64,000 bases of DNA, from positions 1 to 64,000 of the forward strand of contig JBPGPT010000049.1 of assembly GCA_051047955.1 (NCBI GenBank), in the 5' to 3' direction. Origin of the DNA: Cystobasidiomycetes sp. EMM_F5. Its lineage: Eukaryota. Under the pieces are notes generated by a model. It was given only the letters and a program-made list of their open reading frames with translations. It did no database searches and was not told the DNA's origin. Both the position numbers and the translations under genes were made by a program. The first letter of the stretch is position 1. Every line of letters starts with the position of its first letter. Shown here in pieces: positions 34,329 to 47,600 of this stretch.

Positions 34329-34506
34329 GTAGTGGTGACTACCGGCTTTCGACTAGATATCCCTGACGAGTAGGTGTATATTAGTGTGTATACGGTGTCG
34401 TCAATGCGATATCTGCATCTTTTATTCCCGACTGTGCAGTTCTGACATCACCGTTTCCATAAAATATTGCTCGAGTTGCTTCTTTGACGGCGACCAACCA
34501 GAAAAC

Positions 34507-37018
34507 ATGGGAGAACAGCGAGGAGACGGCGAGGAGATGGAGACGGGCAATGGGAGGCTCGGAAGCTGGCTGGGGGTGAGGAAGCGCAAACGGTGCGGCG
34601 ACGAGGTGGAAACGGCGAGGAAGCTCGAAAGAACGGGGGGAAACGGGCAAGATTCAGGCAAGATTGCGATAAATAACAAGACGAGGACTCACCCATTCCT
34701 CGCGGGAAACTTCTGGCCAGTCAAGGGCGAGTCGGAGCTCCAGTCTTGTCGGCGAGTCCGTGGAGCTATTCCAGCAGAACTGGCGGGCGGGCAGTACATT
34801 CGCAACGGCGGAAACTCATTCTTCCCGCCAGGACAAGGCCAGGGCTACCATTTGTGAGTTGGAGCGGCCTCGAAAGCAATGGAGATGGCTGAGCTTTGAA
34901 TTGCCAGCTTTGACGGGGACGGAATGCTGCACGGCGTATACTTTAAAGAAGACGACAACGGGACCCTCACGCCCCATTACGTCAACAAGTACATTCACAC
35001 AGACATCCTTGCCGCGTCAAAGAAACGCGGGTCTACCCTCGTACCCTCGATAGCGTCACTCATATCCCCAATTACAAAATACCCAATCCATCTCCTGCTG
35101 ACACTCATACGAACCGTGTCCATATGCTATCTCTCGTCGCTCACTCGCCTTAGCGCAGCAAACACTCTGGTCGTATTCCACAACCGGAAACTTCTCGCCA
35201 CTTGCGAATCCGGACCCATGATGCGAATATCGGCACCAGAGCTCAACACGCACGGCTGGGAAGTGTTTCACGACGAACAGACCGGCCAAGGGCTCGGAAC
35301 AGGAACGCAGGTCGTAGGAAAGCATCTCGGATCAGCAGCGAGAATGCTCGAAGAATGGACGACAGGACATCCGAAAGTGTGTCCAGTGACGGGCGACCTC
35401 GTCTTTTTTGGTTACAACATGTGAGTTATCGTTGTTTCAGAGTGTACCCAATCATACTGACGCCGCCTCATTCATTCGCAGCTTCGCAGCACCCTACGTG
35501 ACCTATTCCGTCGTCAGGCAAGACGGGAGGCATACTGCAGCATTCAAGACTCCAATTCCCGGCATAAAGAGGCCCAAGATGATGCACGACTTCGGATGTT
35601 CCCTACACCACTCTATCATTCTCGACCTGCCATTGACGATGGATCCCCTCAATATCGTCCTCGCTCAACCCATGCTTAGCTTCAATCGTACTCTCCCAAG
35701 TCGATTCGTAGTCGTACCTCGCTATTTTGACGGCAAAGACGAGTCACAAGTCAAGGTCTTTGAGAGTTCAGAACCTAGTCTCATCTTTCACACATGCGAC
35801 GCATGGGACGAAGGATGCGATGGCAACCAATTCGACGATACAAAGGAGGATGACGAGATTGTCGCAATCAACTTTTATGGCTGTCGGTTCCAGACATCCG
35901 AGTTTGTGTATGGCGCTGGCGGCATGAGACCGCCTGAGCATGAAGACGCAATCACTCGTCAATTGGCAGATCGTGTACGTTTGACCTATTACAGGTTCTC
36001 TATGTCGGATCGCGACCCACTCCGGAATGCCGCAAGTAGCTCAAGTACTGGTACCGGCATTTCGCACGCTTTCTGCCTGTCTGCTATCCCCTTTGAATTT
36101 CCAGTCATTTCCGAAGAGCATCGCATGCGTCAACATCGATTCGCTTATGGCTGTACTACAACGAACGGCAAATTTGACGCGTTCGAGAGTCCAAAGACGG
36201 ACTGTATCGTCAAGATGGACATCGAAGCGCTCAGATTGAAGGGCATCGAAATGTCATCTCGAGGAGAAATCAAGGCGTTCGCGGAAGTTGATAAGCGATT
36301 ACCAAATGACATTCTCCAACAACAAGCGCTCGGCGTTATCGATTCCTTCATTCAAGTCTTTGCAATGCCACAAGGAGTGTACTTGCAAGAACCATCATTT
36401 GTGCCGCGCGAGCATGCTGTATCCGAAGATGACGGCTATCTCCTTTTTTACGCGTACGACGAAGCACAGCTCAATAGCGACGGTAGTGCGCCAGAAGATA
36501 GCAAGTCGCAGCTGTACATTGTGGACGCAGCAAAGATGGCCAGTACATTTGATGAAGCGGTTGTGGCTGTCATCGATCTGCCAGCAAGAGTGCCATATGG
36601 TCTGCACTCGGCGTTCATCACGGCCGAACAGATCGATTCGCAGATACTGAAGTTGCCAGGAAATGCGGTCAGTGCCGATGACTTACGTGGCTCTGCACCA
36701 TCTTCCTTCGTCAATGAAGCTGTCGCCGCGGCGGACCAGCTGGAGGAAATTGAAGAAACGCTCAAGATCACTGCAGGCCTGGGTGGCAGCGTCGGCGGAA
36801 CAGCTTTCCTATTATGGATGGGCATACTCATGAGTGCTATCGCTGCACGAGTTGAAGCGGCGCACTACTCGCCTCAAGCTAGACAGCTGCGCAGTAATCA
36901 GCACAGAATGGCCTCATCGTCATTATCGAGCAAGGCATCAACATCTAGCTTGGCGGCCATCGTAATGAAGCAGATTCGTGAAGCTCACTATTCTCCTCAG
37001 GCCTTGGCTGCAAGATGA
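34507..37018 (+). CDS. Carotenoid cleavage oxygenase (RPE65/CCD family, CarX-like)
   Basis: HPFLAGNFWPV, GQYIRNGGN, spliced HFFDGDGMLHGV. Four iron-binding His in GHPK, MMHDFG, IFHTCDAW and PYGLHS. QEPSFVPR..EDDGYL. Confidence 0.92.
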
Positions 37019-37191
37019 TAAGTATTTTCATAGCATGGCCATGTCAGATCTTATCATAGTAGTCAGAGTCAGTAGCTTGAGCGACAACAGCATGTAATAT
37101 ACGCAGTATAGAGTCGCCGCACATAGGTGCACCTGACATGTAGCATTCATTGAGGTGTAGCTATAACAACAACAAGCAATTGTACACCATG

Positions 37192-38874
37192 CTACCGCCT
37201 GCCCTTCTTACGTCCCTTTGGCATACGACTCCCCGGCGGAAAACGTGTTTCCCGAAGCGTTGGATCGTTGAATACGCGTGTGGCATGTAGAATATACCCT
37301 CCGTGACCGGTCCCATTCATTTCAGGGTGTGATCTTCCAGGCAGGACTTGATACTGCCGCATCCAGGGTTCGGTAATAGTCGGGTTGAGGACGTTTGGGT
37401 CATGTAGCAGTTCCGCTAGCGCATTAGATAATGGCTGTACAACGGGACTGTGAACCGCGATAGATGCTGAGCCTCCCAGAGCCGGTATGACGTGTTGGAT
37501 CATTGACAGCGGTTCGAATTGCGAACAGGAGATGAATCTGCACAGTGCCAATCAGTGTGATGCTAGAGCTTGATCTAAATGCAGCAGCTTACGCATCGAA
37601 TTCACCATCTATCCACTCTTGTCGTGTAGCTTGCTCTGCTGCCTGCGTTGCAAACCGCTTGCGTAACCTAGATTTCGCTGAAGCTGATGCATCGGCCTGC
37701 GTTTCGAAGGATTGGTCGGATGCTAGATTGGCTGGCTCCCACGATGACGAGGTCAAGCCCCAATGCAGACTGCGGAATACTTCGGGCGACTTGTATGCGT
37801 GTGGGAGATTAAAGGCAGATAAGAGGTGTACTGGCGGCGGGGTATCATGAGCTTGTAGTAGTATACACAACCCTTCTCCTGAGGATTCGTAACGGTGTAA
37901 GCCTCTGCGTTGTACAGCGCGCTACGCATTGACTAACCTCCCATCCTCTCCAGGACTGCACCGAGCAAAAGTCCGCCAATGTCGTCCACCAAGAGGACAC
38001 GACTGCCCGGACGTATATTTGCAAAAGCCAAGAGCTGGGCCATTGCGTCTGGACGAAGATCTCGTATCCGCTTGGGGTCATTATCAAAGTAGTAGTGTGT
38101 AATGTTGTGTATGGTCGGGGGGATCACCGTAAAGTATGTGAGGTACTTTGACTCTTTTCGCTTTGTGTACTTTGCTTTTGAAAATTCGTTCTTCATTGCG
38201 AAAGCTTCGTGTTCTGCAATCTGCCTGTCTACAATCTCTCTTCCGGACGCTCCGGCAGCTTTCATTGCGAGTATCTCCTCTGTAGACAGCGTCTTTGCAC
38301 CAGTTGCCCGAATCAATTCGTTTGTAGCCCCAGTCTCGCTGTCGAGTTGGAGGACAGCGCTGAGTTCCATTCGGCGAAGACTGCCAACCGGCCTCTGTGC
38401 ATTTTGAGGCTGGTTTGCCTTCTTCTTTACGGTTTTGCCCTTGTCTAGGGGTTCGGCAGCTTTTCTCTTTCTGGGATTGTTGATGTCGGATGTGGAAGCT
38501 TCTGCTGAAACGGGGTCAACTTGCGCGATATCAACACCGTCCCCGTCAGCTTCTTCAGCATCATCTTGAGCGCCGTTGGCCATCTCTTGGCCGTTTGGCC
38601 TGGAAGTGACGATTTCTAGTGTTATTCCGTACGGCTTTCCGACGAGGTCTGCAGGGTCGAAACTCCCGTATCTTCCGAGATGGACGATGTTGTGCTCGCC
38701 GTTCAGCTGGACCAGCCGCAGTTGCCCAGTCGGGAGCTGGAGCATAACGCTGTCGCCGTTCTTGATGATGGCTCTTTCATTTGACGACGACGAGGATGAT
38801 GATGCCGGCTGCCCATTCTGGCTGTTTGATATCTCATCCTCGGCAGCGAGCTCATCTTCATTTCCATTATTCAT
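37192..38874 (-). CDS. TRM6: tRNA (adenine-58-N1)-methyltransferase non-catalytic subunit
   Basis: LGRYGSF..LVGKPYG, LSTEEILAMK, KNEFSKAKYTKRK, RIRDLRPDAMAQLLAFANIRPG, EPWMRQYQVLPGRSHPEM..GGYILHA. Confidence 0.92.
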
Positions 38875-38977
38875 TCTCGTCCAGGCTGGTTGAAACAGAG
38901 CAAACCTGCGTAAATTGTAAAGAATTCAAAGTCTTTTCTGTTCCAACTGGCAGTAATTTCAGTAAAAATATGCAAGT

Positions 38978-41900
38978 ATGGCCCCGTCGACGCCGAATGG
39001 AAGTGGAAATGGAAATGGACGGGGCTCCTCGCCGTCGCCGTCGTCGTCGCAGTCGATAGCTTCAAGGACGTTCACAATTGCTGATGGAGTTGGCGCAACG
39101 GGCAGCAAGACGGCGGGCAAGGCAGCCAGAAGGATTCACGTAGCAGCTGACGTCCTGAAGCAGTCCAAGATTGCAGCGGGAGAGCCCTTGCTGCTGGCTA
39201 ACGTGCTGAGCCCGAGGGATATCAAGCTGAAAACGACGCTCAACGGCGATACAGCAAAGAACGGGCAAGCCAAGGTGATTTATACTCGTGCAAGACTGTC
39301 CGGAAAGACTTGCTGAGGCTCTGGGGCAGCCAGACCAATCTCCCGTCACGCTGGGATATGCGTGGCCGTCGTTCTCCCTGGACAAGCAGCGTGAGATTGC
39401 TTTCTCTAAAGCTTTTCACACCTTCTCATCCTCGTATCTCTCCAGACGTCCAGATCAGTACCGCCCTGGCAGCCGAGACTGGCCTTTCATCAGACGACAT
39501 CGTTTCTATCTCGCCAATTCCAGACGAACACCTGCACGAGGCAGACTCAATCACAATACGACAGATAGACGAGGGTATAGGGCAAGGAAACAGAAGTACT
39601 CGTATACTAAACAAAGGCAAAGGGCGGGCCCTCCATCCAGATGACGAGCGAGCAGCTCTTCAAGACATTCTGCAGGATGCACTCAGTGAGCGGGGCATTT
39701 CCGAAAACCTAGGGATATGTCCTTACATGCATTGTATTCGCAGTCAGCCTCGGCTGTGTCATGACAGGCCAAATGATCCGCATTCAAGGCAAGTCGAAAG
39801 CTACTTCTACCGACTCGCAAGCCGCGCTGTTCAAGATTACGGCCATCACGACGAACGGCAAGCAAGCGAAAAGAGGCGTGTATGCAGTATCTGAAGACAC
39901 AGAAGTCAAGGTGAATCTGGTGTCGAAAGAGAAAGAGGCATCTTATGTACGTTTGATATTCTACTGTCCGGGCAGACCCTGAGCTCATCAGGCATACCAT
40001 CCCTTCTCGCCTGGCTACTTAATGAAGGCACACCGCATACCGAGCGAAGGCAAAGGGTCGCATGGTCTACCGCAGGGCTATGCAGCTGTTGGCGGGCTCG
40101 GCAGGCAGATAGCTCAGATCCGTGAATTGGTCGAACTACCATTAACGCGACCCGATCTATACACGCACTTCGGCCTGTCACCGCCAAAAGGAATACTGCT
40201 CCACGGTCCACCTGGTACCGGAAAGACACTTCTTGCCTCCTCGATAGCAGCATCATTGCGACTGCCGCTGTTTCAGATCGACGGACCTTCGCTCAGCAGT
40301 CCATATCATGGCGAAACAGAGCAGCGCCTACGTGACATATTCACAGAAGCTCAAGAAGCTGCTCCAAGTATAATTGTCATTGACGAGATTGATGCCCTCG
40401 TCCCCGCTCGTGAGGATGCTGGCGAAGTGGAAAGGCGAGTCGTAGCGACTCTACTTACATTGATGGACGGTCTGGGTGGTAAATTGAGGCCCAGTGACGC
40501 CAACTATATTACATCTACGTCTGCAGCGGACACAGTGTCGAACTCGCACTCGCACATCATCGTCATTGCTGCTACAAACCGTCCAAACGCGATTGACGCC
40601 GCTCTCAGACGGCCTGGGCGATTCGACAGAGAGATTGAAGTTGGTGTGCCAGATGCGGATGATCGCTACAGTATCTTGCAGGTTTTGCTCAAGCAAACAC
40701 CGCATGCCTTTTCGGACTCTTTTCTCAAGGATGCCGCGTCAAGAACGCACGGTTACGTCGGAGCAGACTTGCAGAGTCTGGTTCACAGCGCTGGTCTCAA
40801 TGCTATCCGCAGGCTTACAATGACTGGAGAGAGCATGCCAGCAAAGAATGGTCTGGATCTTGAAATTTCGCCGACCGCAGCACCTTCTACTGTGCAACTG
40901 GAAGGACAGACGCTAAACGAAGACGATCTTTTGAAAGCTCTGCTAGCCACTCGACCATCCGCCTTACGGAGCGTCTTTCTCGAGACGCCTCAGGTCAGCT
41001 GGTCAGACATTGGCGGGCAATCTTCCGTCAAACGGAAATTGCAGGAAGTTATCGAGTGGCCATTGCGGCATCCGGAAGCTTTCAAAAGGCTAGGAATAAC
41101 ACCGCCGAGGGGTGTGCTACTATATGGGCCACCCGGCTGCTCCAAGACACTGATTGCAAGAGCGCTAGCTGCTAGTGCTGGAACCAACTTCATCGCCTTG
41201 AAAGGTCCCGAGGCAAGTTTGCTGATGAGTAAGGAGGTTGCGCATGCTAAATCTGTGTAACCTTGCAGATCTTCAACAAGTACGTAGGCGAGTCCGAACG
41301 GAGCGTCCGCGAGACATTTCGCAAAGCTCGCGCTGCAGCGCCATGCATCATTTTTCTGGATGAGATTGATGTGATTGCGGTATCACGAGATGACGATGCT
41401 GGCGGAAGTGGAGCTGGCAGCGATCGTATACTCACCACTTTATTGACCGAGATGGACGGTATCGAGGAGCTGAATGGCGTCACGGTTCTCGCTGCCACAA
41501 ACAGGCCAGATGTTATCGTGAGTGTCGATGTTGAAGACTCTTTAGCTGTATCAGCTTATGCTTTCAATCTGATCAGGACTCTGCTCTGATGCGGCCTGGT
41601 CGTTTGGATCGCATCCTATACGTTGCGCCCCCAGACACCGCTGCCCGTTGTGAGATCTTTGCAGTCAATTTTCGCAAGATGGCCATACATGAGGATGTGG
41701 ACATGGCCATGTTGGCAGAGAGGACTGAAGGCTGCTCTGGAGCGGAGATTGTCAGCATCTGCCAGGACGCAGCGTTCAATGCCATGAACGAGGACATTAA
41801 CATCGAATGCGTAAGTGTCGGCATTACGTTGTGAATCGATAAGGAATGGCTTATGATGCACCGCAGATCCGAATGGCGCACTTCGAGGCGGCTACATCGT

Positions 41901-41980
41901 CTATGCGACGTCGAATTACTCCCGAGATGATTACCTTCTACGAAGCCTGGCGGGACAGTAGCGGAGTCCGGGAAGCTTGA
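38978..41980 (+). CDS. AFG2: AAA+ ATPase Afg2/Drg1 (SPATA5-like), two AAA modules
   Basis: Walker A GPPGTGKT and GPPGCSKT, Walker B IVIDEID and [26 protein letters not shown]. The GCSKT variant is characteristic of Afg2. Confidence 0.9.
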
Positions 41981-42105
41981 GAGCTTTTCTTTGGCGTGTG
42001 TATATGCTCGCAGCGCAGACTATATCCTGTAACAGACCCGCTTGAAGGCTTTTATCTTGGTTTGCCTTGACGTTTGCGGCTCTTTTGCGCACGACACCCG
42101 CAGCG

Positions 42106-44379
42106 ATGAAGCGGCAGGCTGACCCCGAGGCCGTCAATGGCCATCCGCAGGCCAAACGGCGAGCGCTCGGCGACTCGGAAGCTCGCGAGTGCTTTGGCGG
42201 CCAGGTCTTTGACGCGGAAACGCTGGCTGAGCAGTCCAAGAGCTACGCAGCGTCGCAGCCGTATGTGGAGACTCTGCGCGCGGGACGCTGACAGTGACTG
42301 ACTGCCATGGCCTCGAAATGCTGACCTTTGACTGACCCTCGTCGCCGTCGTCGCCGTGTTGGAGCAGATACAAGCACGGAGTAATGAAAAATCTGATACA
42401 AGAACATCTTTTGCGCAAAGTCAGGCAAGAGATACGCGAGCACATATCCTTCACGGCGAAAGAGTGGGTTGGCGTTTGTGCGGAGACCGGCCAGGTTTCG
42501 CTGACTCTGTTGGGCTACATTGTGACCTGTTTTTGTGTTTCATTTGCGATTCTCAAGGACTGACATTTACAAGGTGAGCTACGTCGTGTTGGAGGATAGT
42601 CTTCCATCGCCCATCTCGCAAACCCTGACATCTTGCCCGCTGCGAATTCAGATTCGTCAAAGCGGAGATCTGGCCAACATCGACGGTCTCGACCAGGAGT
42701 CTGCTGCCAAGCTTCCCGCACTGCTGCAGCTTCGCGATGCACTGTACTCTTCTGCTTTCCGCAAGTACATCGCCTCTGTTGCTGCGAGTGGACCCCTCAG
42801 CGGCGTCAAAACCGACATGGCCATCAACGTTTACACTCCTGGCTGTCACTTGCTGTGTCACGACGACGTAATCGGTAGTCGGAGGGTCAGCTACATTCTC
42901 TACCTGCTCGACCCCGATAGGCCCTGGAAGCCAGAATGGGGTGGAGCATTGCGGCTCTTCCCGACAACGACCATTATCAATCGTGATGGCGAAGAGGTCA
43001 AGGTGCCGCTGCCCGATCCAACGGTCGTCATACCACCCGCTTTCAATCAACTGTCTTTCTTCACCGTCCAGCCCGGCGAGAGCTTTCACGACGTCGAAGA
43101 GGTATACAAGCGAGCGGCAGGAGATGACGACGACGACGGTGGTCGAGAACGTATGGCCATTAGCGGATGGTTTCATATTCCTCAAGTCGGGGAAGAAGGG
43201 TATGAGGAAGGGCTGGAGGAACAGCTTGCGGAGAGAAGTTCGCTACAACAGCTTCAAGGAGGTAAAGCCGATGAGTTTGACGAGCCGCAAGTAAGGTGGC
43301 ATGTCTACGATGAGACAGAGGCAGCGACGACTATGGCAGACATCAATGTCAATGCATCGAACAGTGACAAGGCTAAATCAGCAACAACAGCCAAGGAGGA
43401 CGACCAAACCGAGGACGACGACGAGCCAGAGCTTACTGGCGACGACTTACGGTTCCTATTACAATACATGACTGCATCTTATCTGACTCCGGACACGGTT
43501 GAGGAGCTGAATACCATGTTTGCTGAAGAATCCACGCTCCAATTGTCCAACTTTCTCCACCCAAAATTCGCCAAACCCCTCAAAGCCTTTTTGGAAGCAG
43601 CCGACCGCGAAGCTACAATGCCAGGTAGCGCCTCTCTATGTGGTGTGGCCAGACCGCCGCATAAACACCGCTACCAGTACCGCCATGGCGAATGGCCAAA
43701 GCCTGGTACCGCAGAGTTGCGCAAACAATCGTCAGACATGTCTCCTTTGGACGAGCTTCTGAATGTTCTGCTTGTCTCTACACCCTTCAAGAAATGGGTT
43801 GGCCTGGTAATGGGTCTCAGTCTGACGAAAAGCAGTGTGCTTGCTCGGAGATTCCGAAGAGGAATGGATTACACGCTGGCCACTGCTTTGAATCAGAAAG
43901 AACCGCAGCTCGAGCTATGCCTGGGCATCACGCCCACATCTGGATGGACCGGGCAAGAAGAAGATGAAGAGGGTGAGAATGCGAAAGAAACTATCGAAGC
44001 TGCAGATCTGCCTGGAGGCTACGAAATTTACATGGCACCGGACGAGGAGGAGGATGATCATCATATGACCGACAAGAACGGGGCCGCTCCTGCCTCCTCC
44101 GGCGGAACCGTCTCCACCTCGAATGGAACTGGCGCGGGTAAGCGTCGAGAGAAGCAGGATCCTGCTGTATATCGGACCAGTACAGATGGCGGTGACGACG
44201 GCGTGCTTGCCAGTATGCCTCCAAGCTGGAACACTCTGTCGGTCGTACTGCGGGAAGCCAATCTCTTGCGGTTCACCAAATATGTGAGCGCTGCCGCCGA
44301 GGGGGACAGATGGGATGTCAGGATTGAATACGGGGTCAACTTGGAGGACGGAGATGAGACTGACGCTGAGCAAGAGTAG
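42106..44379 (+). CDS. TPA1: Prolyl 3,4-dihydroxylase Tpa1/Ofd1 (OGFOD1)
   Basis: ETDIYK-IRQSGDLAN, LLCHDDVIGSRRVSYILYL (HxD), SFHDVEEV, RMAISGWFH, and second domain ARRFRRGMDYTLAT..LRFTKYVS. Confidence 0.93.
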
Positions 44380-44650
44380 TTATCCGTTGCGAAGCAGACA
44401 TGCGGAGACGACAAGCGGCGTGTCTTGGAAGGGAGGGTCGTTATGCTTCTTTCTCTGGTTCAGCAGGCTAACCACTCTCCAAATCGAACGCGGAAGTGAT
44501 GAACGGTGTAATGCACAGTTCAGTATTGTTGTTTTTGCAATTCTCTGCAGTCCTAAATGTTTTCGACAACCTCTTGCTCCTTGACCGATATCCAACCAAC
44601 AAACCTGGAGCTCTTCGAGCTGCGAGGACGGCGTCTGGCCTGAGCATAGC

Positions 44651-47600
44651 ATGGATGGCGCTGTGCAGCTGTCGAAACATGGAGACCATGACGCCGAAAC
44701 TGCTGCAATGGCTGCAATATCTGAACCCAATATGGCTCCAAATGGACCCAGCACTGCGCCAGAGAACATGACGATGCTCCCCATTCCACAGCCGCTGTCG
44801 CACTCGCACTTCCTCGTCGAGCCGTTCCAGGCGTCCGCCTTTTTGCTGACGCGAAAGCACATCCTCCTCGACGATATGCGGGCTGAGCTGCGGCAACACC
44901 TCGCGACGCTGCGGCAGGAGCTCGTAGCAATCATAAACAACGACTATGAAGACTTTATAAACCTCGGGGGGTCGCACTTGCTCGGGAGCGACGACCAGAT
45001 GGCCGTGCGGATGCGAAGACCGCTCGAGGGGATATCCACAGAGATTCGAGACGCAAAGGACGAGTTGCTGGCGATTAGAAGCATTCTCGACACGAGGCTG
45101 CAAAAGAGGGAGGAGATCCGCACCAGAAAGGCCGTGTGCAGAAAGCTGCTTGCAGTCAACGAACAACTCGGAAAGGTCGAAGATATGCTGCGAATAGCAC
45201 GGCCGGCTGCGAAAGACGGCAGCGTATCAAAAGGCCAGTCGTCTCAAGCGTCTGCAACTGCGATGCAGAAAGAGTCTAATGCAGCCATTGTGGACAAGTG
45301 CCCATATTGCATGCTCGTCAATATGGAGAGTAACGCTGAGTCGTACATGCTATGCAGAGTAAATACCTCCAGTGTCAAGCACATAGAAAGGACAGCGCAA
45401 GAGTATAGCCATCTACTCTATCTCGCCGCTAGATCCGACACTTTCAGCTTTGTCGGCAGCCTTCAGCCAGTAAGCTGTATTCGCAAGTCCAAGACCATGT
45501 TGGCAGTGCGTGAAAGAGTTAATGTTCCTTCGTTCCATCCTTCCAGCGTATAGTCAAGGTAACGACAACAATACTGCAAGAGCTTGCGGACCTGCTAGTC
45601 TCGTGCATCTCTGCTCAACATAGATATCCTACACATACGTCTGGCGCCAAACCCGCACAAGTCCGTGAAGATGCGCTCGCCGACTGTCTTCGAATATACG
45701 CCAGTATTGGAAGGTATCGCGAAGCAGAGGATGTCGTTCGTCGACACCTCGTTGCCGAGACCGTGAATAGAATCATCTACCGTGAAGCACTTCTCAGCCC
45801 ACAAAGTCCAATGATGCCCATCACGCCATTTCCGCACACCGGAAGTATTGCGGGTATATTGTCGAGCACCGGCCATACATCCTCTTTCCCGTTCAAAACT
45901 GGCATGACCACTTCGGATACTCTCAGCCTGCTGACCGACGAAAAGCACATTCCGACATTCTACCACGTTGATCCAATTCCGCCTCCTGCACCTTCGAGCA
46001 CCATCGATATTTCAATTTCCAATGCCCTTGTCGACATGTACAACAGACTCCTTGCCTTCGTCAGTAAGGACCTCAGCAACATCCTGGAAGTTGCTGAGCG
46101 TCGACCTGCTTGCGGCCGCGAAGCGACCACATCTCGTGCCTTACCACATGGCATCAACTTGATCTCGAATGGTACAGCAGCTGGCGATGAAAGCATGCCA
46201 GGAAGCCCAAACTTCAACGATCGGCATGTGAATGGTCACACTCCCTCGACTGCATTGGCCGATATAGCATGCTTTGCATTCCTCAGCAATGTCGTATTTG
46301 ATGCGATTGCAACACGCTTGACCAACGAGCTGTCACATCTCATCTTTTCGGCAGGCAGGCCCGAAACATTTCATCGGAATTACGTAGCGACTTGTCAGTT
46401 CATAGACCGTCTCGAAGGGCTGTGCCCTAACGCGAGGTACCTGGCCATCTTACGCAGCAGCCGTGCATACACAAGCTTTTTAAAGCGATGGCAGCTTCCA
46501 GTCTACTTCCAACTCCGCTTCAAAGAAATTGCTGGGCAACTAGAATCTCTTCTGCGTAATTGCAGCAGTGGGTCATATTGATTCCGGATTGCGAGTCGTT
46601 GAGCATCTCTGACATAAGTCGATCACTACAGCTACGGCTGCCCCAGCTGCTGTGCAAAGCAACTCATTATTAATGTTAGCAACAGATAACGTGTATCGCG
46701 CAATTTGGACGAGCTGGAATGACGACGTCTTTCTTCCGGAGCTTGCTGGCAAGTTTTGGAAATTGACTCTCCAGTTCATCGGACGCTACAAGGTCTGGTT
46801 AGAAACGAATATGCCTGAGTTTCGTGCAATGGCAAAACCAGTTGCATCCAATGCTGCTGTCCTGTCCGGGGCTTCCGCTACTGGCAGCATCGTCGGCTTG
46901 AATCGTGTGAGTCTGCTATCGTGTGTCCTGCGTCTCACGCGGCTCAAATATCATGCAGCTTCTGCCAGGCGGAGCCTTAAACAGTCGACCGTCTACACCA
47001 ACACCCGGCGGGACGACGTCTGCGTCGAGCACCGATGATACGGCGGATGAGGCCAGTTTGCGGCAGTTCTCAACAGTGATTGCCGATGCATCAACCTTCG
47101 AGCAACTGGTTCTACAGTACTTTTCAAGTACTATTCAAACCAAATTACCGAAGTCTGGCGAAGGTTCGCTACCACCTATCGAATCATTCGAGACCACAAT
47201 TCGACAATCCCTGTCATCTGTAACGGATCCAATAGCGAGTCTTGTTTTGCATATCGTTGGCATTGTTTCGAAGCGGTGTGCAGAGCCCCTGCGCCTGGTG
47301 CGCTCTGGCGCATCACAGGTTCGCGGCAACCAGAAGTCGAGATCTGGAGACACACTCGAACCGAGCTACTTTGTCGCGAATATACTACGTCCTGCTCGAG
47401 CGTACATTGATGGTCCTGGGAAAGTTCTCAGTTCGACGATTCGGAATGGCTTACTGTTTGATGTCTTCGAAGATATAGCCAGTCGGTGCGCTTGACATGC
47501 TAACCGAGGATACGCACTGCATTCACTGATTCCATGCAAATGTGCAGCTACGAAGCCGCGCTGTCTAAAATGAAACGAGATGGCGATGCCCTTCGCAGGC

